A stretch of 63,803 nucleotides of DNA, filler included, from Reclinomonas americana ATCC 50394 (GCA_048213135.1; 49 parts of 49 records of this genome joined end to end with filler, not necessarily neighbours in it), one strand, 5' to 3'; positions 35,420 to 48,326 are shown, counted from the first letter of the whole stretch. Made by a program: numbers and translations. Notes: generated from the sequence alone by a model not told the origin.

Positions 35420-36310
35420 AGGAGCCGAGTTGCGTCGTCGACTGATTTCGGCGCATTCCCGCATCATCCGGAGAGGTGGGTGGACCATTCTTCAACAGAT
35501 CCTCGCGGATCTGTAGCATGCACACACTGTTAGTGGCGCCAACACAAGCGCGGCCAGGGAAAACCATGAGGCGCACCTTTGTCGGATTGAGTTGCACGTT
35601 GAACTCCTCCATCTGCAGCATCTCATTCAACGGCTGCGCGAGAACGGCATTCAGGTACCCAGATCCGCGTCGTCTGTCGCACACACAACCGGCACATGTG
35701 AGCAACGGCGGGCTCACACACACACATACAAACAAGGGAGCCCCCACCTGGCATACAGCGGCAGCAGCTTCTTGACAAAGATATTCTCAAACAGCTTCCT
35801 CGGCGCAGTCAGCTGCGACATTGCCTGGTTGATGATTTCCTGTGGTCCACCAGCCAAAGTGAGACGACAAGAGGGGGGAGGTGTCATGCACGAAAAATGA
35901 CCTTCAAGAAGAGCAAGTTGGCGCGGTTCTCGCGCGGCTCGTAGTGATTGCCGTACAACGAAAGCTGCAACATGCGGACGAGTGGATCGATCTCCTTGCG
36001 CACGCGCAGCGTCAGCTTCTGGTGCATGTAGTGGCCGTGAATGGCGCGGGCCAGCAACTCGGGATACTGTCGACATGCCGACACCAGCCGCTCATACGCC
36101 TGCACGCCGCCACTCCCGATGAGGAATCGTGAAGGCCAGCATACACACGCACACACAACAAGACTCGTGACGCACATCCTTCTCGGCTCCCAGCGAATTA
36201 GCACTGAGGAACGAAGAGGTGATGGAGAGGGCGTCGTCGATATCGATCTCATGCGATCGTAGCCGATCCACATTCGTCTCGTACTCGCGAATCTCTGTCG
36301 CCGCCACCGT
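35420..36310 (-). CDS. RasGAP-domain protein (Gap1/IQGAP-related), spliced fragment
   Basis: YERLV..YPELLAR..SLYGNHYEPRE..LLFLK..KKLLPLYA|RRGSGYLNAVL..FNVQLNPTK. Confidence 0.7.
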
Positions 36311-36616
36311 CAGCTCACACGACACCAAGAGAGAGGAGAGAGACGGTGATTTTCTACACACCCAGGGTCAGTAACGGAATCGTGGTGAGCAGCGAGAATC
36401 GTTTGTCAAGCAGCCTGCCAGACGATCATCTCCAGTGAGTGAGCTCGCACATATATAGAGCCATGCCCAGCACGTGCGCCACGCAACTCATCGATTTGTC
36501 GCTTCTCGTCCTCCAANNNNNNNNNNNNNNNNNNNNNNNNNNNNNNNNNNNNNNNNNNNNTTAATTAATTAANNNNNNNNNNNNNNNNNNNNNNNNNNNN
36601 NNNNNNNNNNNNNNNN

Positions 36617-36923
36617 GCACGACGAAGTCGATCACAAGGCGGCCGAACACGGCATCCCACGACCGCACGGTGTACGTGCGCACCTCGGTGGAGTCGACAC
36701 CCTCCGGGAACTCCCAGTAGCCGTCCGCGGTCGGCGACGGGAGCACGGGCTCGTCATGACCTGTCTTCGGCAGCAACAGCCGCAGGTACTCGTCCCCCAC
36801 TCCGGAGGAGAGGAAGCCCTCCAGACCGTCGCCGGCGAAGACGATGCGGACCATGCCGGGCGTCAGCCGCTCGACCTCGACGACCTCGACGCGATGGACG
36901 CGGTTCACCTCGGGGCGGCTCAC
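36617..36923 (-). CDS. Siderophore-interacting protein (ViuB/FAD-binding 9), 3'-partial, actinobacterial
   Basis: RLTPGMVRIVFAG..GDEYLRL..RTYTVR..IDFVVH; GTGA overlap with the upstream gene. Confidence 0.9.
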
Positions 36924-37817
36924 GGGAGCAGCGCCTTGCGCACGACCTCGAGCAGGCCGTCCTGGCCGCTCGGCGAGCCGTAGCTCATCTCGTAGTTGTA
37001 GCCGTGGACCTCGCCGTTCGCGATGGCGGGGAGTGCGGTCCAGAGCGGGTTCGCCTGCAGGGCCTCCTCGTCGGTGATCAGACCGGAGCCGTCTTCGCTC
37101 ACCCCGGTGAAGATGACGTCGATGTCGGCGAGCTGTCCGACCTGCTCCATGCTGAGGGAGGTGCCGTCGCTGTCGGGCTTTCCGTCGCCGTCGCTGTCGG
37201 CGAGCGGGCTGATCTCGAGACCGAGATCAGCGAAGACCAGGCAGGAGATGCTGTAGCAGCCGACGTTGATCTGGCCCTCCCAGAACGAGATGTCGGCGAC
37301 GACAGGGGCGATGCCCTCGGCGTCGAGCTGCTCCTTGACCTCGGCGATGCGCGCCGCGTAGTCGTCGAGCCAGGCCTGGGCCTGCTTCTCCCGGCCGAGG
37401 TCGGCGGCGAGGGTCTGGAACTTGTCGCGCCAGTCGCCGCCGTCGAAGGCGTTGTACGTGTAGGTCGGGGCGATCGGGGTCAGCTTGTCATGCAGGTCGG
37501 TCTCGTAGCCGATGCCGTTGAGGATGAAGTCGGGACCGACCTCGAGGATGTGCTCGAGGTTGAACTCCGGGTAGTTGTGGAACCCCTTGATGCCTTCGAG
37601 CTCCTCCTGCGGGAAGTAGCTCGGGAACGAGTCCCAGTCGTCGCGGATCGGCTGCTCGGACGCCAGCGGGTATCCGAGAGTGATCAGGATGTCGACGTCG
37701 GTCGTGTAGAAGCCGAGCGCCGCCTCGGGTTCGGTCGGTACGGTGACCTCGCCGAACTCGGTGTCGATGGTGAGGGTCTCGCCGCCGGATTCACCCGCCT
37801 GTGCGGACGCGCACGAG
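36920..37817 (-). CDS. Iron-siderophore ABC transporter substrate-binding protein, 5'-partial
   Basis: The frame is open from the contig end: TIDTEFGEVTVPTEPE..FNLEHILEVGPDFIL..KLTPIAPT..LSMEQV..NPLWTALPAIANGEV. The ORF track shows only the last 76 aa. Confidence 0.9.
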
Positions 37818-37917
37818 NNNNNNNNNNNNNNNNNNNNNNNNNNNNNNNNNNNNNNNNNNNNTTAATTAATTAANNNNNNNNNNNNNNNNNNNNNNNNNNN
37901 NNNNNNNNNNNNNNNNN

Positions 37918-38770
37918 CATTACGCCTGCTTATCGACCGGCTTGGATGGCGACGGCAAGTGCGACGCAAACAGCGCACAGAACACGCCGTGGAACGCCAT
38001 GCGCACCCAGCACAGGTGGCCCACCGAGAAATTAGTGGCGATGAAAGCCTCGGTGCCAAGAAGCATGGCCTGGAACACGGCGTGCGCCAGCACATTCGAC
38101 TGCGACGCGAGTTAGTTGTCATGCGGTACCAGCACAGTCGTGAATCGAAGAGAGAAACGCACCCGCTTCAGCGGTGTCACCAGCGAGACCACGGACCACA
38201 TGATGATCAGCACGCCGAGGTATCGCACCAGCACCAACAACATGGCCAGGTGCACGGGCGACCCGCCCAGCGACTCTGGAATCTTGTCAAACGTCATTTC
38301 CACGTTGAGGAGCGGCATGTAGTAGATGAAAATGCCAGCAGGCAACATGATTGCCGACTCGGCGTAGACCAGCTTGCGAGCCGACAAACCCGCCGGCTCC
38401 ACGTACGCCACGGCCGAGCTGCCGCGCGCTGCAGCCTCCACACAGTCGCCCGACACGTAGAAGCACGCCACGGCCAGCACCGCATGCAGCGAGAGCATCG
38501 AGTAGACCGCCGGCAGATTGTCGCTGACCACCGAGCCGAACACGTACAGCTCGGCCAGTCCATTCAGCACCATCATGCACTCCACAAAGCAGTACACCTG
38601 TGAGCTCCCGCCCCGACCGTCAGGATTTTGAACGGATGGCGACAGGTCACGCACACACGCACGCACCATCAGACTGCGCGCATTGGCCACCGTGCACCAG
38701 ATCAGGAACGCGTAGGCGATCAGGTGCGATCCAATGAACATCTCCATCGGATCGAGCTCGTTGCTCCACT
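37918..38770 (-). CDS. Multi-pass membrane protein, eukaryotic, spliced, function unknown
   Basis: Several hydrophobic helices across 3-4 exons. Confidence 0.6.
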
Positions 38771-39248
38771 GCGGAGGAGAGGATGAGAGGCAAACAAACG
38801 AGAGAGCGGGGTGAAGGGAGTCGACGCACCACATTGAGTGGATGCGGAGTGGCATCGGTGCCAAAGAGCGCATCGGAGCGAGCAGAGGGATCACGCCATG
38901 CCTGGATTCCTGCATTGCACGCAAAGGATGAGCTGGAAGGGGAATGGAGGGAGAGAAACCAGCGATGCGATGCGTGCGAATCGAATGCAATATACGATGC
39001 AGCGAGATGCGGGAGAGAGAGGAGGGGGGGGGGAATGAAGGCAGAGCTGCGTGTGTAAAGGAGAGCGACAGGCGATCGATTCAAGCGCGAATGTTTTGAG
39101 ATGCAATGCATGATGCACGTNNNNNNNNNNNNNNNNNNNNNNNNNNNNNNNNNNNNNNNNNNNNTTAATTAATTAANNNNNNNNNNNNNNNNNNNNNNNN
39201 NNNNNNNNNNNNNNNNNNNNCTCGGGTCCAGTCCAATTGAAGGTGGAG

Positions 39249-40350
39249 ATGAGTCGGAGACGAAGGCGAAGAAGAGCAACAAGAAGAGGAAGAACGACTA
39301 CAAACAGAAACTTCAGCAGAAGCAGCGCGGCTCTTCCAACGGTGAGTGCGTATCTTATCACCTCTGATCCTCCGCCCCTTGTGCTTACTCGTTGTCGGAC
39401 GCAGTGTTTGGCAGTGCCAGTTCGTCCACCGTCTCGTCAGTTTCGTTGCTGCGCACGCATTCCGTGTCACTTGATTATTGCTGACATCGCGCGTGCCGGT
39501 GCAGGTACCTTCTTCTCTTCCGCAGCCCGATGCACTGCAGCAAGAACTCGAGGAGCAACGACTGCGCACACGCGAATGGCAGGCTCAGGCGCAGCACCAC
39601 GAACAGACCGCAGCTCAGCTGCAGCAGACGCTCGAGGCAGCGAAGCGTGGAAAAGAGGCATCTGTGCAGCAGGTGCAACAACAGATGGCGGAGTTGCAAC
39701 GACAACTCGACGAGCAGCGCGTGAAGATTAGCGAGTGGCAACAGCGCGTGCAGCAGCAGGAGCCGGTCGTCGCGCAGCACGCTGCCTGGCTCCAAGAGGA
39801 AGATGCGGCGTGCATAATGCTGCAGGAGGCACTGGATCGTGCGAACGAGCAGCGACAGCGTGACCACGACCGAGCACAGCGACTCGAGGCCGATCTGGCC
39901 GCCATGCAGCGTGATCTCTCCAATCGAGGTAGGTAAAAGGTGAAGAGTGATGCCTATGATGACGGGAGACTCACTTTGATAGCAGATGACGCAGCGTCAT
40001 TGACGGCGTTCTCGTGGGAGCAAGTGGTGTCGATGAGTGACGACTTTGCGGAGCCGCTCGGCGGCGACAGCAGACACGGAATGATGTTCAGCGGTCGGTG
40101 GGCGGGACAGGACGTGGCGATCAAGGTGTTTGACAGCGCGCTGCCCTGGTGCATCGAGTCGTTCTCCACGGAGGTGAGAGTGGCGGGTGGGAGAAGGATG
40201 AGAGAAGGAGAATGTGCTCTTCTCACTCTCTTCCTCGCTTGTGTTTCAGTTGGAGAAGCTCAAGGCGGTGAGTGTGGATGGAGTTGTGCCGCTGATTGGA
40301 TTTGCGGAGTCGGACGACGGCAAGCGATGTGTGGTGCTGGAGGCAATGGG
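39249..40350 (+). CDS. Coiled-coil protein kinase with an RLK/Pelle/IRAK-like N-lobe, spliced, partial
   Basis: Q/E-rich heptads (39526-39928), then AFSWEQVVSMSDDFAEPLGG..FSGRW..DVAIKV..ESFSTE|LEKL..VVPLIGFA..CVVLE. Confidence 0.68.
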
Positions 40351-40522
40351 GTGAGTGTGAGTGAGAGAGGGGGAGAGAGAGAGAAAGAGGGAAAGAGAGA
40401 GAGAGATTGCGAGAGACAGAGANNNNNNNNNNNNNNNNNNNNNNNNNNNNNNNNNNNNNNNNNNNNTTAATTAATTAANNNNNNNNNNNNNNNNNNNNNN
40501 NNNNNNNNNNNNNNNNNNNNNN

Positions 40523-41723
40523 CCGGCTTCGATCCGCAGCGTGCCCGAACCGTGCTCGCCGACCCGCATCTGGCCGAAGGTCTCCCAGCTCGAGCCGGCG
40601 CCGGTGACGATCGCGGTGGCGCCGTTGCTGATATAGGCCTGCCCGCCGGCGCTGTTGCTGCCGAGCCTGCCGCCGCCCTCGATGCGCAGCATGCCCTCGT
40701 TGACCCAGGTGCGGCCATTGTAGCCGGCCGAGCTGTCGCCGGTCAGCACCAGCGTGCCGGCACCCTGCTTGATGAAGCTGGCGCTGCCGGTTGTGGTGAG
40801 CGAGCCGGTCAGCGTCAGCGTCGTACCCGTAGCGGTCTCGATCCGCCCGCCACCATTGCTGAAGTCGATGTTGCGGCTGCTGGAGAAGCTCGCGGTCGTG
40901 CGCAGCACCGCATCGGCCCCGGTGCCGGCTCCGCCGACGATGGTCGAATTGTTCAGCGTGACCGTGGTGCCGGCCCCGCCGAGATTGGCGTCCGACGAGA
41001 CCGACACCGTGCCGTCTGAGATCGTCGTGCCGCCGCCATAGACGTTGCTGTTGGTCAGGACCAGCGTGCCGGCTCCGGTCTTCTCCAGGCCGCCGGCGCC
41101 CATCACGAGGCCGTTCACGGTGAGTATCTGCCCGGCCGTGACGTCGACCGTGCCGGTATTCGCGAGGTTGAGTAGCCGCCCCGTGGTGAAGGTCCCGGTG
41201 ACCTGCAAGGTACCGCCGGTGAAGGCGATTCCGCTGGAGGCTACGCCAAGATTGGCGTCGGCGGAGATTGAGAGCGTACCGGCTTCCACGAAGGTGCCAC
41301 CGGCATAGGTGTTGGCGCCGCTCAGCGTCAGCGTGCCGGTGCCGGCCTTGATCACCGCACCGAGACCGCTGATGACATTGTCGACCGTGACATTGGTCGC
41401 CTGATCGAACGTCAGCGTGGGACCATCGGCGATGATGCCGCCGGTCAGGCCGGTGGTGGTGCCAAGGAAGGTGATGGTGTTTGTGCCGCCGGTGAAGTGG
41501 AGCGCCGCAGCCTGAACCCCGTCTCCGGACATTCCGCCTGCGACCGTGCCCGAGGTGACGATCGTCAGGTCCGAGCCGACGATGCCCTCGCCGCCGGCAC
41601 CGGCCGAGGCTGCGTTGCCTGCGGGCCCGCTCGCGCCGGCTGCTCCGCCATCGCCGCCCCGCACCGTGCCGGTAACCGTCAGCGTCGCACCGCCGCCTGT
41701 GAAGAGGAGCCCCGTACCGCCGG
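40523..41723 (-). CDS. Autotransporter passenger with autotransporter-associated beta-strand repeats (PATR), internal fragment, alphaproteobacterial
   Basis: KAGTGTLTLSGANTYAGGT, KTGAGTLVLTNSNVYGGGT, KQGAGTLVLTG..YNG.T repeats; Gly-rich, no introns. Confidence 0.9.
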
Positions 41724-42012
41724 NNNNNNNNNNNNNNNNNNNNNNNNNNNNNNNNNNNNNNNNNNNNTTAATTAATTAANNNNNNNNNNNNNNNNNNNNN
41801 NNNNNNNNNNNNNNNNNNNNNNNAGAGAGAGAGAAAGAGAAAAGTGGCACGCAATTGGAAAGTGGAGCAGAAAAGAATTGATGCTTGCATACAAGCTCAC
41901 ACGCACACGCACAAACTCACAGACACATTTTTTTTGTTGGTTTTCTACTCTTCCCTACGGGTTTCTACCAAACACACAGACAGACAAACAAACAAACAAC
42001 GGAAAACGCTCT

Positions 42013-42285
42013 CTACTGAGCGCCCACAAGGCTTGAACCACCGTTTCCGGCAGCTGAGGCGGTTGCGGCGGCTGCCGCACTCACCGCGCTGCTCCCACCA
42101 AGCTCGCCACCTGCGCGCGGAAGCGGTGCAGCAGCGGCAGCAGCGGCGGCGGCGGCGGGATTGGCGGTGCGACGTGCAGCACCGCGGCCACCGTCACGCA
42201 CAGCATCATCGTCATCATCGTCATCATCATCATCGTCGCTGCCGTCACCACCATCACCATACGTCGCCCGGCCTACCCTCCGTCG

Positions 42286-42316
<31 letters not shown>

Positions 42317-43023
42317 CCAGCATCGTCATCATCATCGTCGTCGTCATCGCCAATGTCAACCACGTGACCTGAGCCGCCCGCAGCACGTCGTCCGCCTCCC
42401 GACGAGCCAGCTCCTCCACTGCTGGCGCCCGCCGCACCACCGAATTCCAGGTGGCTAGCGGCGCCGCCAGTGAGCACCAGGCGACGGAGCACACTGATTT
42501 TCGCCTCGAGCGCATGCAGCGCCTTGCCGAGTGTCTCGCGATCCGTGGAGCCGAAGCGCACTCGCGGCAGCACACTCGCGGCGTCCTCCAGCTCGGCGTC
42601 AAAGTTCTCCAGCGCATCAAAAAACTTGGACACAGTGACGTCTGCGGGGACGCGCGACATGAAGAGCGCATCATACCGCGCATCGCCAGCCATGTCCAAC
42701 GCATCCATGCCGTGCATGTGCGGCGCCGGTGGTGGTTTGGGGGCCATTGCGTGCTCTGTGTCCGCGGCACCGTGCGTGTGGCCATTGCCCATTGGACCGT
42801 GTCCACCGCCTCGCCGTGGTGCCTGCTGATGCTGTTGCGTCGAAGATGACGGCGGTAGCCGCTGTTGATGTGGACCGGCATCACCACCGTGCGCATCACT
42901 TCCGCCGCGGGCACCCTGTGGATGGTACAAATTCTTGCGGAAGGACCCCTGTGGCTGTGTCGGTACCATGGCCGATCGCTGGAACAGCATGTCCTTGGCA
43001 GCGCCACCTCCGGCACCATTGAC
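42013..43023 (-). CDS. C-terminal part of a low-complexity eukaryotic protein
   Basis: Long frame with Q/H/G-rich, poly-Asp and poly-Ala tracts around a short ordered segment. Confidence 0.55.
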
Positions 43024-43123
43024 NNNNNNNNNNNNNNNNNNNNNNNNNNNNNNNNNNNNNNNNNNNNTTAATTAATTAANNNNNNNNNNNNNNNNNNNNN
43101 NNNNNNNNNNNNNNNNNNNNNNN

Positions 43124-44190
43124 TTCCAGGTGCGTCTTGAGGCGTTCCAAGTTGCGCACGACCGACTCGTGCTGCTGCTGCTGCTCCCGCATCTTGTCCT
43201 CGTGATACGTGATCCAGTTGCGCTCCATGTCGTTGACCTGCACGACACAAGAAGGTCAGAAAATGACAATCTCGGAATGAGCTAGTGAGCGAGCAATGAT
43301 GGCGCACAGTTTCGTCATGCGTGTGCTTCAGCACATCGCTCATGCGCGCAGCGGCGTCGTCCTTCTTGCGGAGCTCTTTGCGCAGCAGCTGATTCTCGTT
43401 CTCCTTGGCCTCCAATTGCGCCTGCAAGCTCGTCAGCCGCGCACGATGCTCCTCCAGCTCACTGTGTGTGGACGCCGCCCGACGATCGGCATCGGCGGCC
43501 GACAGTGATATCGAGGCGTAGCGCCGTTCATACCGCTCCGCCACCGCGGCTTTCTCATTGGTCAGTGACTTGGCGCACACACGCAAAAAGAAAGCAGAGT
43601 TGAGTCGCAAGGTGGTTGGATCGTGCAGTGCGCACACACACAACCAATAACACACCTCCACCTCTGCACGCAGTCTCAGATTGTCGTCGTGCATGGTACT
43701 CAGCGCGGCGACCTCCTCCCGCAACGACGAGTTCTCTCTTCGCAACACATCCATATCACCAGCCATCTCACGCGCCTTCTCCTGCGCATTCTCCAGCTCC
43801 CGTTGCACCGACGCCTTTTCACGTTCCAGCGACTGCACCACCTCTCGCATGGCGGTATCCGCACCTTGCGCCGTCACCTGCGCCCGCAACAGCTGGAACC
43901 GCGATCGCTCCGAGCTCAACGCGCTCTTTGTCTCACTCAGCTCGTGCACCAAGTACCGTCGCGTCATCTCCGACTTGTCAAGCATCGATGCCAGCTCCTG
44001 CGTGGCCAATCGCGAGGCAGCAACGCTCATCGGCGACGCCACTGTCGCCATTAGCGGCTTTTCATCCTCGACCGACACATCGACGCCATGACGCGATGCC
44101 TTTCGATCGGGCGGCGATCGACTCAATCGCTCTTGCGCAGCCGGTGTGCGCGGGTGTCCCAGTGGAGAGTATCGCCCTGCAAAGAGAGAC
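43124..44190 (-). CDS. Long coiled-coil protein, spliced, partial
   Basis: E/K/L/R heptads across GT-AG introns. Confidence 0.7.
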
Positions 44191-44424
44191 GCGTGTGAGT
44201 GCCAGTGAACGGAAAACAGGCGCGCGCACGTGACAACCGACCGTCGGTGAGCGACGCGCCCGAGTACAGTGACGGAGTTCGCGCGCTGCTGGTGACACGA
44301 GACGAGGAGCCATTGCCCTTTTTTNNNNNNNNNNNNNNNNNNNNNNNNNNNNNNNNNNNNNNNNNNNNTTAATTAATTAANNNNNNNNNNNNNNNNNNNN
44401 NNNNNNNNNNNNNNNNNNNNNNNN

Positions 44425-45624
44425 GCAGCAGCCGCAACAAGATGCGCTGTTTTGGGAGCGGAGAAAACGGCAACGCGAGGCGCGAAAGCAGGGCGAGAAT
44501 GACAGTGGCGGTGAAGACAACAGTGGTTTGCCGTCGGTGCTGAGCAGTGTGGCGATTCTGCGTGATAGTGGCTCGTCGGTGGCGTCTGAGGCACTTGCTG
44601 CGGCGGTGGTGGAGGCGCCGGTTCCGTTGTCGCCGACCCTGGATCCGACGCGCGCCAAGCCGCCCGCGCCCTATCTGCGATCGCTGTCGGAGCGCACGCA
44701 GCTGTACTGCCATCCGACGGTAGTGCGCGAGATCATCAACAGTCACCGCAAGCCGGACGCGCCGCACGGCACGCCAGTCCGCGAATTCGGACCGCACCAC
44801 TCGCTGCTGCAGGCCGTGTTCCTCGACGTGATGCGCTGCCGACCGGTGCCGTCGTCGACCCTCGACGATGCCTCCCTCGTGGCCGCCATGGGCATGGCCG
44901 GCGGCGGTGTGATCCTCACCGGCGTCGGTGGCCACACGTGGCGCGACGTGCTCATTGTCGACGTGCACCTGTCCGAGTTCCCGCCGCCTCCGCCCGAGCC
45001 CGACTTTCATCGCCGCCGTGAGAGCGGCGACAGCAACATCAGCTCGAGTACGCGACGGAGCAGCTCGGCCAGTGGCGGCAGCAATCGTCGCCCGAGCTCC
45101 GAGTCCACCCGCAGTCGACGCAGCCGCAGCGTGGTGATTCTGGAGGAGGAGGAGACGGAGGGGGCGCACGAGGAAGCCGCCGCCGGCGACAGCCTCGACG
45201 TTGTCGACGGCGGCGGCGGTGGCGGCCAGTTTGTGGGCGGCCTCAGCTCAGTACTCATCACGCCGCTGACCGAGACCACCATCTCCGTACCGCTGCTGGC
45301 CAGCGGCAACGACTCGGCCACCAGCGCCTCGTCGTCCATGGAGGGCCAGTTGTCGGCGCGCGAGGCGGCCGAGTTCTCCGACGAGGAGATTGACGAAGAG
45401 GAGGAGGATGAGGAGGCAGAGGCGGTCGAGTCACCGCCACCACCATTGCGGACGGAGATTGAGGAGGAGGGCATGACAGAAGGAGGAGGAGAAGAGGGAT
45501 CGACGACGCCCGGAACGACGGAGACGGCCTCGGTGCGCATGGTGACGACGCCAGTGTCCAGTCGACATGCCAGCAGCAGTAATCGACTGATGTTTGGCGG
45601 AATGGTGGTGGTGGGGGAGACGTA
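44425..45624 (+). CDS. Hypothetical protein, internal fragment with an acidic/Ser-rich region
   Basis: Frame open for more than 360 codons with GC3 bias. Confidence 0.6.
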
Positions 45625-45724
45625 NNNNNNNNNNNNNNNNNNNNNNNNNNNNNNNNNNNNNNNNNNNNTTAATTAATTAANNNNNNNNNNNNNNNNNNNN
45701 NNNNNNNNNNNNNNNNNNNNNNNN

Positions 45725-46926
45725 TTGGAAGAGATCGCGATGCCCGACACGGGAATCGCATCTACAGCATATAGGTGAGCGCACATTGGTGAGGGCTCAC
45801 TTGTTTCGTTTTTTTCCGTCAGTCACCAAACCTTCGTTGATGTAGAACGTCTTCTGGAACACGCTATAGCCGTCATTCACTTGCACCGTCACCTCCAAAT
45901 TTGACCCTCTCAATCCACCAGCCACACGAGCGACCAGCAGATTGTCCGCGATTCCAAACTTGTCAAAGTCTGCTCCGCCAACCACGCTGAAGTTCGGCGT
46001 CTGACAGCAGTTGGCGTCCACCATACTCAGCGTCCCGATCACCGCATTCATCGCCGCCGGCGGAACATACGTGTTGCTCGATAGCACAATGTCCGTCGGC
46101 ACCGCGTTGGCTGCCATCACCATGAGGCGCAAGAAAGCAAGCAGTACACACATACATGCTACACACCTTCGTTGATGATAAACGACTTGTCATAATACAA
46201 CGATGCCATTCCGTTGACGGCCGCACGAACCACCACCTGCAGGCCGGTTCCATTGATGCCGGCACTGCTGATTCGCAGCTGTGCTGCAGAAATGTTGAAC
46301 AAGTTGCTGTTGATGCCGCCGACAACGGAGAACGTGTACGTCCGTCCATTCGCGCCACCAACGACCGCCAGTGTGCCAACCACAAGATTGGCGGTCGACG
46401 GCGGCACGTAAGTCGCACTTGACAATGTGACGTCCACCGCCGTGCCAGCTGTTCAGTGCGTGAACAGAACATGCATGCGTAAGCGTGTGACCACGGCGCT
46501 TCTGCAACAAGAATCGCACAAACCATCGTTGATCGAAAATGTCTTGTCAAACGTAAGCATCCCTGCGCCATTATCTGTCACCCGAACGATCACCGACAGC
46601 GCGCTACCGCTGACTCCGGCATTCGTCACGCGGAGTTGCGAGCCAGCAATGTTGAACAGATTGCCGTCTGTCCCACCAACAACTGTATAGGTGAACATCT
46701 GCCCACTGTTGGCGTCGACAGCACCAAGTGTGCCGACAACCACATTCGCCAGCGACGGTGTTGCAAACATGTTATTCAACAATGTGATATCTGCCGGCGC
46801 AAGATTGACTGGTGGGAAGCGACAATTGTCAGAAGTCACGAAAGAGATGAATAACTGTCAACGCAAACGAAAGCACACACAAACCCTCGTTGATGGTAAA
46901 CGTCTTGTCGAAGAACAACGATCCAT
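45725..46926 (-). CDS. Tandem cadherin-like (bacterial-style) repeat protein, one repeat per exon, at least 5 units, internal fragment
   Basis: Exons 46524-46808, 46167-46448 and 45832-46110 (285/282/279 nt) each encode P.DI.L....V.GTL..VDAN….F.YSVVGG….F.I….L…V.VRV.D.G….F.K.F.INE; all introns are phase 1. Confidence 0.8.
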
Positions 46927-47026
46927 NNNNNNNNNNNNNNNNNNNNNNNNNNNNNNNNNNNNNNNNNNNNTTAATTAATTAANNNNNNNNNNNNNNNNNN
47001 NNNNNNNNNNNNNNNNNNNNNNNNNN

Positions 47027-47065
<39 letters not shown>

Positions 47066-47070
47066 CGTCT

Positions 47071-48226
47071 CACCTGTTCAGCGCTGGCGTTCTTTGGCTT
47101 CCGCGGCCGTTTTTCACGCGGCTGAGGCGCATGCAAGACAAGACAGTGTGAGACACGCTATGCAGGGTGTGTGCAAGTGTGCAAGTGTATAAGTGCGTAC
47201 CGGAAGCTCGTCGGGGCGAAACACCGGCAGCTGCTTCACCGCCTTTCCGCCGGCCCACGCCTTCACGTAGCCGTCTCGCAGCTCCTCTGGCTCCAGGCTG
47301 GCAAAATCCAGCGCGGCGAACCGGTTGTGAATGCTGCTGGAGAAGCAACACAGCGTGAGCAAGGACGTGAAGGAGTAAAGAGTCGCGTACGCACTCCAAT
47401 GCAGCACGCAACCCACTCGCCGCGGGCTCCTGCTCTTTGAGAAGGCCGCATAGCGGCAGCATTGAATTTTCTTTCGCCGCCTTGTGTGAGTGCGCCACCT
47501 GTCGCGACCAGTACAGTCGCATTGCCTCCTCCTTGCTGCTCGGAACATTCTTCCGGATCACAAGGTAAGGCGACCTGAGCACGAGCATCAGTGTTTCATC
47601 ACACATTTCACGGTCCATTGAAATTGAAATTGAACGAAACTTGGCGAAGTCGAACCCTCTGGCGCCTTGACGCGAGGCGTTCAGCTGTTCGTACTTGCGG
47701 CGCCGGTACAGTTGCTTTGTTTCGAAGCCGTCTGTGGGTTCGGCGACACGGCTGCATGCACACATGCACACAATGAGCAGTGAGCACAAGTTCGACCCTC
47801 TCTCGGCTGTCTCCTCCGAGCTCCCCTCCCACACAGACACGCACCTGGCAAGGATGAACCTGTTGTAGCTCTTGCGCACGATAGAGCACGCCTCATGCAG
47901 ACGCATCGCCGCATCCTTGAACGCGGCGAGTGGCAGAGGCATATCGCGAACTCCTCGTTCCTGCGCTTCCTGGACGTCCGCTCCTCGCGATCGCGATCGA
48001 ATGTAGAGCTCGTCGATAGCCTCTCGCCACACACACTGGTGACACAGCGAGACTGCGCAGAGGAAGAATGGGTTGCGAGTTCGATCGCGAGATTCACGAT
48101 CATATGCCGTCCTCGCTTGTTGCCTCATATATATCCTCAAGTACTTCCGAGACGGTTGCGAATCGTGAATCGCATTGCTTGGCTATCCAGTCCAGGCACT
48201 GCTCCATGTAGTCGAGGATGTCCATC
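47071..48226 (-). CDS. Hypothetical spliced protein
   Basis: Coding-like frames interrupted by short introns; family not recognised. Confidence 0.45.
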
Positions 48227-48326
48227 NNNNNNNNNNNNNNNNNNNNNNNNNNNNNNNNNNNNNNNNNNNNTTAATTAATTAANNNNNNNNNNNNNNNNNN
48301 NNNNNNNNNNNNNNNNNNNNNNNNNN

